Part shown: positions 18,390 through 25,694 of the stretch, in pieces | Layout of the letters: each line of letters begins with the position of its first letter | Position numbering within the stretch: the stretch's first letter is position 1 | Source of the DNA: a virus | Lineage: Duplodnaviria; Caudoviricetes | IMG/VR virus record: IMGVR_UViG_3300017700_000477 | Span: 1 to 53,596 of that record | Direction: 5' to 3' (one strand) | DNA length: 53,596 bases | The notes under the pieces: model-generated | What the model was told of the DNA's origin: nothing | Database searches by the model: none | Seen by the model: the letters and a program-made list of their open reading frames with translations, nothing else | Translations under genes and position numbers: made by a program

Positions 18390-18628
18390 TGCCCATCTTC
18401 CGCCGCAAGTCCGTCGTGACCGAAGCCCGCCAGTGGACCGGCGCCAACCTGGCCGAGATGCGCGTCTGGCTGGGCTATGCCTTCGTCGAAGGCGCAGACT
18501 ATTTCCGCATCCTGATCGAGAACCGCGACGGCCGTGTGGTCGCTCGGCCTGGCGACTGGATCGTCAAGGACGAGGGCTTTTATCCCATGGAGCAGACGAC
18601 GTTCTCTGCTGAATACGAGGCTGTGTGA
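18386..18628 (+). CDS. Conserved phage hypothetical protein (FRRKSVVTEARQW...PGDWIVK...FYP)
   Basis: Well-known recurrent phage motif. Confidence 0.75.
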   Translation: MMPIFRRKSVVTEARQWTGANLAEMRVWLGYAFVEGADYFRILIENRDGRVVARPGDWIVKDEGFYPMEQTTFSAEYEAV

Positions 18629-18798
18629 TGGCTGCTGATAAGCCGACGCCCCCGACCTGGGGGCAGTTTCATTTCCTCCGCAAGAACCACAGCTTGATCA
18701 GCCCGTGGGCCTACAATCCGTTCGTATGTGCGCCGCGGCTGGCCGCGATCGTAATTCTGTCGGCGCTCATGCCCGAGCACCGCAAGGCTGGTGACTGA
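18628..18798 (+). CDS. Small hypothetical protein (56 aa, MAADKPTPPTWGQF)
   Basis: Hand-translated; fills the gap exactly up to the portal ATG. Confidence 0.55.
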   Translation: MAADKPTPPTWGQFHFLRKNHSLISPWAYNPFVCAPRLAAIVILSALMPEHRKAGD

Positions 18799-18799
18799 T

Positions 18800-20485
18800 A
18801 TGGCTGATCCCTCCGCAACGCAGGGCAGCCCCCTGATCGACATGCTCAAGAAGCAGGGCAACAAGCTGTTCGACCGCGGCAACCTGATGGCCTACTTCGA
18901 GGAGCTGCGCCGCAACTTCTATCCCGAGCGTGACTCGTTTACGGGCGCCACCCCGCTGTCCGGTGACTTCGCCGAAGACCTGATGACGTCGTTCCCGCTC
19001 GTGGCGCGGCGTGACCTGGGCAACGCCTTCTCGGCCATGCTGCGGCCGTCGGCCAAGCCCTGGTTCAAGATGAAGACCAGCCAGCCGCAGAACGAGGACA
19101 CGCAGGCCAAGCAGTATCTGGAGCAGTCCACGCTCCTGATGCGTAACGCCATGTATGACCCGGATGCGTCCTTCGTGCGCGCCTGCCGCGAGGCGGACCA
19201 CGACTACGTCACGTTCGGCCAGGCCTGCATCCAGGTCGAGCTGCACCGCCCGCGCAATGGCGGCACGCCGCACATGCTGTACCGCACGCGCCACCTGCGC
19301 GACGTGGCATGGTGCGAGGGCGTCACGGGCAAGATCGACACCGTCTATCGGCGCGACAAGCTGACCGCGATCGACCTGTCCCGGCTGTTCCCCAAGACCT
19401 GCCACCCCAAGGTGACGGAGAAGCTCAAGGAAACGCCCTACGACCTGATCAACGTGTGGCACTGCGTGCTGCCGTCGGATCTCTACGAGCAGATGCCAGG
19501 CGGTCGCAAGATGCGGCAGCCGTGGGTGTCGATCATGTTCGACGTCGACAACAACTGCGAGCTCGAGGTGAGCGGCCAGTGGATCCGTGGCTACGCGATC
19601 CCGCGGTGGCAGACGGTATCCGGCAGCCAGTACGCGCATTCGGCCGCCCTGGTCGCCGCGCTGCCTGACGCGCGCCTGCTGCAGTCCGTGACGCTAGTGC
19701 TGCTCGAGGCGGGCGAGAAGGCGGTCAACCCGCCGGTCATCGCCACCGAGAACGTCATCCGCTCCGACATCGCGCTCTACGCCGGCGGCCGGACGTGGGT
19801 CTCCGAGGAGTACGACGAGAAGCTGGGCGAGGCTCTGCGCCCGATCACGCAGGACAAGACCGGCCTGGGCTTCGCGCTCGACCTGGTGCGGGACATCCGC
19901 CTCGGCCTGCGCGACGCCATGTTCCTCAACAAGCTCGACCTGCCGCCCGTCGGCGGTCCCGACATGACGGCCTACGAGGTCGGCCAGCGCGTCCAGGAGT
20001 ATATCCGCAACGCCCTGCCGCTCTTTGAGCCGGTCGAGGTCGACTACAATGGCTGGCTCTGTGAGGACACGCACGAGCTGCTGTTCCGCAACAGCCCCGA
20101 GATGCAGGGTGCCATGCCCGAGTCGCTGCGAGGCACGCAATGGTCCTTCGAGTTCGAGGGGCCGCTGCGCGACGCTGCCGACAAGGCCAAGGCCGGCATG
20201 TACATCGAAGCCGGCAACATCATCGCAGCCGCCATGCAGCGCGATCCGAGCGCGGCACTGATCATCGACGACATGAAGGCGACCCGCGACGTGCTGGGCG
20301 CCGTGATGCCGGCGAAGTGGATGCGGCCGGAAGACGAGGTCAACCGGTCGATCGCCAACGCGCGCGCCAAGCAGGACCAGGAGCGCATGCTGGCGCTCAT
20401 GCAGTCTGGCGCTGAGACGGCAGAGAAGGTCAGCAACACGGCGGTCAACCTGTCCGCCGCGTCGCCTGGCTTCCAGATGGCCTGA
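18800..20485 (+). CDS. Portal / head-tail connector (T7 gp8/Bbp21-like)
   Basis: PWF, FGQA, PRW...G..Y..S, NPP, MTAYEV..R..E motifs; size and position. Confidence 0.92.
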   Translation: MADPSATQGSPLIDMLKKQGNKLFDRGNLMAYFEELRRNFYPERDSFTGATPLSGDFAEDLMTSFPLVARRDLGNAFSAMLRPSAKPWFKMKTSQPQNEDTQAKQYLEQSTLLMRNAMYDPDASFVRACREADHDYVTFGQACIQVELHRPRNGGTPHMLYRTRHLRDVAWCEGVTGKIDTVYRRDKLTAIDLSRLFPKTCHPKVTEKLKETPYDLINVWHCVLPSDLYEQMPGGRKMRQPWVSIMFDVDNNCELEVSGQWIRGYAIPRWQTVSGSQYAHSAALVAALPDARLLQSVTLVLLEAGEKAVNPPVIATENVIRSDIALYAGGRTWVSEEYDEKLGEALRPITQDKTGLGFALDLVRDIRLGLRDAMFLNKLDLPPVGGPDMTAYEVGQRVQEYIRNALPLFEPVEVDYNGWLCEDTHELLFRNSPEMQGAMPESLRGTQWSFEFEGPLRDAADKAKAGMYIEAGNIIAAAMQRDPSAALIIDDMKATRDVLGAVMPAKWMRPEDEVNRSIANARAKQDQERMLALMQSGAETAEKVSNTAVNLSAASPGFQMA

Positions 20486-20677
20486 GCATGGCCGCCTCCA
20501 TCATCCTCGCCGTGTTGAGCGGCCTTAGCTTCCTCGCATCTATCTGCGCTGTCGGGATGTACTTTCTTCTGACTTGGCAGGGTGCCGAGACGTGGGTGCT
20601 GCGCGTGTGGGCCGGTACGATGTTCGGCTGTCTCGGCCTCGGCTGGCTGTTTGGCTGGGCCGCCTGAGCATGGCCGC
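20480..20677 (+). repeat. 16-bp direct repeat GCCTGAGCATGGCCGC at 20480-20495 and 20662-20677
   Basis: Exact match; brackets one small gene. Confidence 0.85.
20488..20667 (+). CDS. 59-aa two-transmembrane protein
   Basis: Hand-translated MAASIILAVLSGLSFLASICAVGMYFLLTW...WAGTMFGCLGLGWLFGWAA. Confidence 0.65.
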   Translation: MAASIILAVLSGLSFLASICAVGMYFLLTWQGAETWVLRVWAGTMFGCLGLGWLFGWAA

Positions 20678-20984
20678 AGTCCCTCCCTACTTCCGGTGCG
20701 ACCACGACGTCCCGGACCTGTCCGCGCTGCAGGCCCTGGCGGCAGGCGCTGCGTCACCCGAGCAACAGCGTCGCGCCCTGGATTGGATCATTAAGCAGGG
20801 CGCGGCGACCTATGACCAGACGTTCGTGCCGGGCGATGCGTCCGCGTCTGCATTCTTCGAGGGCCGGCGCTTTGTCGGCCTGACCATCGTGACCCTACTT
20901 TCCACCAGCCTGTCCGATTACATGGCCAAGAACGCACTCAAGGCCGCAACCCCCAAGGAGACCTATGGCACCCGCAGACGATAA
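20670..20984 (+). CDS. Bbp19-like protein
   Basis: QQRRALDWII...F.PG...SAFFEGRRFVGL, between portal and scaffold. Confidence 0.8.
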   Translation: MAAVPPYFRCDHDVPDLSALQALAAGAASPEQQRRALDWIIKQGAATYDQTFVPGDASASAFFEGRRFVGLTIVTLLSTSLSDYMAKNALKAATPKETYGTRRR

Positions 20985-22005
20985 TGCTTCCCCGGTCGTA
21001 GCACCGGTCGTAGTCGCCCCCGCCGCTGTGGTCGCGCCCGCAGTGGTCGAGACGCCGGTCGTAGCGCCTGTCGTCACGCCTCCGGCAGCAGTCGTAGCGC
21101 CCGCGGCTGTCGTCACCCCGCCGGCCGATGGCCACGCCGCCACGCCGCCAGCCACGCCAGACACGCCCGTCGTCGCCGGCGACTGGCCGGAAGACTGGCG
21201 CGAGAAGTACGCCGGCACCGACGAGAAGGTGCTCAACCAGCTCAAGCGATACTCCTCGCCCAAGGCTGCGCTCGACAGCCTGTTCGAGGCGCGCAAGAAG
21301 ATCTCCACCGGCGCCGCGGCCAAGCCGGCTGCGCTCGCCGACGACGCCACGCCCGAGCAGATCAAGGCATACCGCGAGGAGCTCGGCATCCCGGACGCGC
21401 CCGAGGGATATGACACGGTCATCGCCGACGGCCACGTCTGGGGCGACGACGCCAAGCCGGTCGTCGACAGCTTCACCAAGTTCGCGCACACCAAGAACAC
21501 GCCTCCGGGTGTCGTCAAGGACATGCTGACCTGGTGGGCCAATGAGCGGCAGGGCCAGGCTGACGCCTACGCCAAGCTGGATGCTGACTATCGCAAGGCC
21601 AACCTCGACAAACTGTCGGCCGAGTGGGGCGCCAACCTGAGCCGCGAAAGCCGCATTGCCACCGAGTTCTGGCAGTCGCAGATGCCGCCCGAGGTCTATG
21701 CCCGCCTGCAGACGGCGCGCGACGACAAGGGCATGCTCCTGTTCAACGATGCGGAGTTCATCCGCGCGGCGAACCGGATGCAGCGTGAGGTCAATCCGTC
21801 GGCCACGGTCATCCCTGGCTCGGGCATCAACAGCGAGCAGGCGATCGGCACCGAGCTGGAGTCCATTGTCAAAATGATGGGCGATCAGAATTCCCCGTAC
21901 TTCAAGGGCGAGAAAGTTACAATTGACGGGCGCAGCGATACGAAGATGGCGCACCGGTTCATCGAGCTTACCCGCGCGCAGGAGCGCAGCGCGGGCCGGC
22001 GTTAA
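20965..22005 (+). CDS. Capsid scaffolding protein
   Basis: Low-complexity PAAVV N-terminus, WPEDWRE, G.PD.PEGY, L..EWG; position. Confidence 0.8.
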   Translation: MAPADDNASPVVAPVVVAPAAVVAPAVVETPVVAPVVTPPAAVVAPAAVVTPPADGHAATPPATPDTPVVAGDWPEDWREKYAGTDEKVLNQLKRYSSPKAALDSLFEARKKISTGAAAKPAALADDATPEQIKAYREELGIPDAPEGYDTVIADGHVWGDDAKPVVDSFTKFAHTKNTPPGVVKDMLTWWANERQGQADAYAKLDADYRKANLDKLSAEWGANLSRESRIATEFWQSQMPPEVYARLQTARDDKGMLLFNDAEFIRAANRMQREVNPSATVIPGSGINSEQAIGTELESIVKMMGDQNSPYFKGEKVTIDGRSDTKMAHRFIELTRAQERSAGRR

Positions 22006-22011
22006 ACCCCA

Positions 22012-22037
22012 GACGGGCGGGCTTCGGCTCGCCTGTC
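22012..22037 (+). terminator. Stable hairpin with UUCG loop (weak terminator or processing/stability element)
   Basis: GACGGGCGGGC-TTCG-GCTCGCCTGTC; no clear U-tract. Confidence 0.5.
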
Positions 22038-22060
22038 ACACCATTTCAATGGAGAACGCA

Positions 22061-22408
22061 ATGAGTCATATGGAAGAAGTCGAGCGGCGCAGCGCCGCGC
22101 TCTACAAGGCCCCGCGGGTATCGCTGGATGACATCAAGGCGGCGATCGCTTGCCGCTACGATCTGCGCGCCGACGAGGCTGTGTCCGGCATGTCGCCGCC
22201 GGCGCCGGTGGTCGATCCGCTCAAGGTGCTTTCGATCTGCATCCTGGTGATGAAGAACGGCTTTACGGTCATCGGCAAGTCCGCGCCGGCCTCGCCGGAC
22301 AACTTCGACGCCGAGTATGGCAAGACCCTGGCCTACGAGGACGCGATCAGGCAGGTGTGGCCGCTCATGGGCTTCTCTCTGCGCGACCGGCTGGCTGCCG
22401 CCGCCTAG
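22061..22408 (+). CDS. Phage gp49/gp66-like protein
   Basis: APRVSL..I, ICILVMKNGFTVIGKSAPASPDNFDAE.G...A..DA...WPL.G. Confidence 0.85.
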   Translation: MSHMEEVERRSAALYKAPRVSLDDIKAAIACRYDLRADEAVSGMSPPAPVVDPLKVLSICILVMKNGFTVIGKSAPASPDNFDAEYGKTLAYEDAIRQVWPLMGFSLRDRLAAAA

Positions 22409-22464
22409 ACACAGCCACAATCCCATGCGATGCGCAATCGTCGCATGGGACTCAGGAGGCCGTT

Positions 22465-22800
22465 ATGAAAACCGCAATCGCCGCCGCGCTGGCCATCTGC
22501 CTCGCGCTGCCCGCCCACGCAGGCCAGGAGACGCGCCCATGGTGGGACTGCACCATGGGCTACCTATCCAAGCGCGACCTCGTGAACGGCAAGCCCCTGG
22601 ACATCGTCGCATACGACGCGACATGGGCGTGCTCCGAGCAGTCGATCGGCGATCTCAGCCACGACTACGATGTGATCCTGGCGCTGATCACGCGGTATCG
22701 CAGCTATCACAATGAGCCCGCGCCGGCGGCCAGCAAGTACGATCGGCACGCCGACGAGATGGTGCGCGAGGGACTTGCGCGGCCGGGCGGGTTGCGATAA
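22465..22800 (+). CDS. Secreted hypothetical protein (moron-like)
   Basis: Signal peptide MKTAIAAALAICLALPAHA; SD AGGAGG; preceded by a 10-bp inverted repeat at 22421-22450. Confidence 0.75.
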   Translation: MKTAIAAALAICLALPAHAGQETRPWWDCTMGYLSKRDLVNGKPLDIVAYDATWACSEQSIGDLSHDYDVILALITRYRSYHNEPAPAASKYDRHADEMVREGLARPGGLR

Positions 22801-22809
22801 TCTCCATGC

Positions 22810-22886
22810 CGCAGGATAGAGCAGTCAGTTAGCTCGCTAGGTTCATACCCTGGAGGTCGTGGGTTAAAATCCCACTCCTGCTACCA
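22810..22886 (+). tRNA. tRNA-Met(CAT), initiator (fMet) type, with encoded CCA
   Basis: Cloverleaf folded by hand: C1:U72 mismatch, A11-U24, anticodon CAT at 22844-22846, 77 nt; extended -10 TGCGATAAT upstream. Confidence 0.9.
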
Positions 22887-22897
22887 ATTCTCCGTCA

Positions 22898-23075
22898 ACG
22901 GCACGCCGCAATGCCTGCCCGCGACCTCCGGCCCTCATTGCGGGGCCGGACCGCTAAAGCATCTACAGGGGCACCTGATCTACCGCCCCAGCGGCGCCGA
23001 GCTCAGGGTAGGCCACCGCTCCATCAACAGCCCAGCAACGGCCCTCGCGGTCCATCAATGGCGCGTCGCGGGCAC
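22898..23075 (+). ncRNA. Candidate structured ncRNA downstream of the tRNA
   Basis: 10-bp closing stem 22916-25/23065-74, several internal stems, two possible loop-loop pairings. Confidence 0.45.
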
Positions 23076-23108
23076 GTCCCGCGCTGTCCTGAAGTGACCA
23101 CCACCACA

Positions 23109-23153
23109 CCAATAGAGACCAAAGTTTGCGGCCGCGCGCGTTGGGATTATCCT
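23109..23153 (+). promoter_or_regulatory. Late promoter copy 2 (CCAATAGAGACCAAA-N24-TATCCT) for the capsid gene
   Basis: Exact 15-mer shared with 41291 and 44037. Confidence 0.75.
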
Positions 23154-23282
23154 AACCGCACTTTCGACGCTATGGCCCCGATCGAACGGTGCCGGCGCCC
23201 ATTCTAGGGCAACCCCGGCCACGAGCACGAGCGGACACCCCGATGCGGAGAGGTTCCCAACCCCTTCATCGAGGATCAACCC

Positions 23283-24122
23283 ATGGCCGACACGGCTTTC
23301 CAGACACAGTACCGGCAGGAATTCATCGCCGGCTTCGAACAGCGCGAGTCCCTGCTCCGCAAGACGGTAACGACCGAGGCCGTCATCAAGGGCAATTCGG
23401 CAGTCTTCCTCGTCGCTGACAGCGGCGGCGCAGAAGCCACCACCCGCGGCGTCAACGGCCTCATCCCGGCCCGCGCCGACAACCTGACCCAGCTCACGGC
23501 CACCCTGGCCGAGTGGCACGATCTCGCCCGCAAGACCAACTTCAACGTCTTCGCGTCGCAGGGCGATCAGCGCCGCATCATGCAGATGACGACGATGGCC
23601 GTGATCAATCGCAAGATCGACAGCGACATCATCGCCCAGCTCGAGACCGGCACGAACGACACTGGCGCGGCGCAGACCATGTCCCTGGACCTGGCCATGT
23701 ACGCCAAGGTCATCCTCGGCAACAACAACGTCCCGGCGGACGGCAACCTGTTCGGCGTGATCTCGCCGGCCGCGGAAGCCTACCTGATGCAGACCCGCGA
23801 GTTTGCCTCGGCCGACTACGTGAGCCGCAAGCCGTTCGACGGCGCCGGCGGCATCCTGACCATGTTCCAGTGGGCAGGCGTGTGCTGGATCGTTCATCCC
23901 GGCCTGACTGGCAAGGGCACGAACGCCGAGAAGTGCTTCATGTACCACAAGTCCTCGGTCGGCCACGCGCTCGACAAGGACCAGATCTCGGCTCCCGTCG
24001 GCTACGACGACGAGCAGGACTATTCGTGGGCTCGTTGCACGGGCTTCTTCGGTTCCAAGGTGCTGCAGAACAGCGGCATCGTGGTGATCAACCATGACGG
24101 GTCGGCCTACGCCGCTCAGTAA
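23283..24122 (+). CDS. Major capsid protein
   Basis: AF..QY..EF...FEQ..S.LR, R..D..II, F.W.G..WI.H; strongly biased codon usage; position after scaffold. Confidence 0.88.
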   Translation: MADTAFQTQYRQEFIAGFEQRESLLRKTVTTEAVIKGNSAVFLVADSGGAEATTRGVNGLIPARADNLTQLTATLAEWHDLARKTNFNVFASQGDQRRIMQMTTMAVINRKIDSDIIAQLETGTNDTGAAQTMSLDLAMYAKVILGNNNVPADGNLFGVISPAAEAYLMQTREFASADYVSRKPFDGAGGILTMFQWAGVCWIVHPGLTGKGTNAEKCFMYHKSSVGHALDKDQISAPVGYDDEQDYSWARCTGFFGSKVLQNSGIVVINHDGSAYAAQ

Positions 24123-24185
24123 CGGCAACTAGGGGAGGGGCGTCGCCTCTCCCCGACGGCCTCCCCAACATAGAAAGATCTGACC

Positions 24186-24479
24186 ATGTCCTACTCCGTT
24201 CTTCTCCCGCCCGCCCTGACGGCCTTTGGCCCGCTCACGAGCGCGGCCGGCTCCAACTTCTGGGTCTACAAGGAAGCCGCGACGTTCGACGTCATTCGTG
24301 CGGCTGGCTACATCTCGAACGCCCGCGCGCTCGGCATGAAGGTTGGCGACAGCGTCCTGCATTGGGACGTGACCAGCGCCTCCGCTCCGATCCTGACGTT
24401 CGGTCGCGTGACCGCGATTGCTACCGCCGCCGCCGGCGGCGGCGCCACCATCGCAGCGACCGGCACGCCGATCGTCTAA
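24186..24479 (+). CDS. Probable capsid decoration/cement protein
   Basis: Small beta-rich ORF directly after the capsid gene. Confidence 0.6.
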   Translation: MSYSVLLPPALTAFGPLTSAAGSNFWVYKEAATFDVIRAAGYISNARALGMKVGDSVLHWDVTSASAPILTFGRVTAIATAAAGGGATIAATGTPIV

Positions 24480-24601
24480 ACGACCGCTCCCTCATGGATC
24501 GGTCAAAGGCCCGGCGGCATCCGTCGCCGGGAAACTAGGGTGCCGCCGCCGCCGCGTAGCGTTCCGCGTCGGCGGCATTTCCGCACCATGGAGGCCGTTT
24601 C

Positions 24602-25033
24602 TTGAAGCTCACGCCACACAATTTCAAGGATGCCGAGTACAAGCGGCGATCCTACCTGGTCGACGCCGATCGCGGCACGACCATTGCCGACCTGACCACC
24701 CCCGAATATTGGGTGCATGTCGCAGCCAAGCTCAAGCCGCGCGACCGCGTCGAAGTCCACGCGCACGATGGATCCTGGATGGCCGAGCTCCTGGTTGTGG
24801 CGGCGTCTCGCCTCCTGGCCACGCTGGTCCTTCTCAGCGAGTACGACCTCACCGCTTCTGCCACCACGCCCGCGCTGTCCGGCGACGACGTCGAGGTCAA
24901 GTACCGCGGCCCGATCGGCAAGTGGTCGGCCGTTCGCCTGTCCGACAAGTCCATCCTGGTCGAGGGATTGGGTACGCGGGACGAGGTCAACGCCTTCCTG
25001 AAGAACCCCACGCAGCAGTCGCTGGCGGCCTAG
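24602..25033 (+). CDS. Conserved hypothetical protein of the head-tail region
   Basis: TTG start with SD GGAGG. Confidence 0.7.
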   Translation: MKLTPHNFKDAEYKRRSYLVDADRGTTIADLTTPEYWVHVAAKLKPRDRVEVHAHDGSWMAELLVVAASRLLATLVLLSEYDLTASATTPALSGDDVEVKYRGPIGKWSAVRLSDKSILVEGLGTRDEVNAFLKNPTQQSLAA

Positions 25034-25037
25034 AGCC

Positions 25038-25691
25038 GTGACCGACCGGCTCTCGCTCTACAATGGTGCGCTCCGCGAATGTCAGGAGCGCAAACTCGCC
25101 AGCCTGAGCGAGAACCGCGAGCCGCGGCGCCTGCTCGACGACGTGTGGAATGCCGGCGACGGTATCCTGCGCTACGTCCTGCAGGCCAAGCAGTGGAATT
25201 TCGGCCGTCGCACGATCGAGCTTGCGGCGGACACTGCGGTCGAGCCGGCTTTCGGCTATACCTACGCCTTCGCGCAGCCGGACGACTTCCTCCGCACCTG
25301 CAAGCTCTGCGACGACGAGCGCATGAAGTCGCCGCTGCTCGACTACCAGGTCGAGAATGGCTACTGGTACGCCGACATCGACCCGATCTATCTGACCTAC
25401 ACCAGCAACGACGCCGACTATGGCGCCGACTACAGCAAGTGGCCGCCCAACTTCACTCTCTGGGTCGAGACGCACATGGCCAGCCTGGTCGTGGGCTCGA
25501 TCACCGGCGCGAAGACCGACCGCAACGACCTCCTCAAGCTGGCCAAGATGCGCCTGCAGACGGCGGCAAGCACCGACGCCATGGAAGGGCCGACCGAATT
25601 TCCGCCGACTGGTAGCTGGGTGCGCTCTCGCCGTGGCCGGTTCAATAGCCGGCGCGACGATCGTGGCTCGCGCTCTCGCCTGATCGGCTAG
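25038..25691 (+). CDS. Tail tubular protein A / adaptor (T7 gp11-like)
   Basis: N.AL, WNF..R..EL, FGY.YAF..PDDFLR motifs. Confidence 0.85.
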   Translation: MTDRLSLYNGALRECQERKLASLSENREPRRLLDDVWNAGDGILRYVLQAKQWNFGRRTIELAADTAVEPAFGYTYAFAQPDDFLRTCKLCDDERMKSPLLDYQVENGYWYADIDPIYLTYTSNDADYGADYSKWPPNFTLWVETHMASLVVGSITGAKTDRNDLLKLAKMRLQTAASTDAMEGPTEFPPTGSWVRSRRGRFNSRRDDRGSRSRLIG

Positions 25692-25694
25692 CCC

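Noticed and set aside
20989-21125. PAAVV/PVVA tandem repeats
   Set aside because: Ordinary low-complexity N-terminus of a scaffolding protein.
22887-22970. tRNA-associated HDV-like (theta) ribozyme
   Set aside because: A P1-like pairing and a GCTAA are present, but I could not build P2/P3 in the required order. Kept only as an unclassified ncRNA candidate.
22911-23207. 98-aa ORF after the tRNA
   Set aside because: No SD, low-complexity Arg/Pro content, and it overlaps the capsid promoter.
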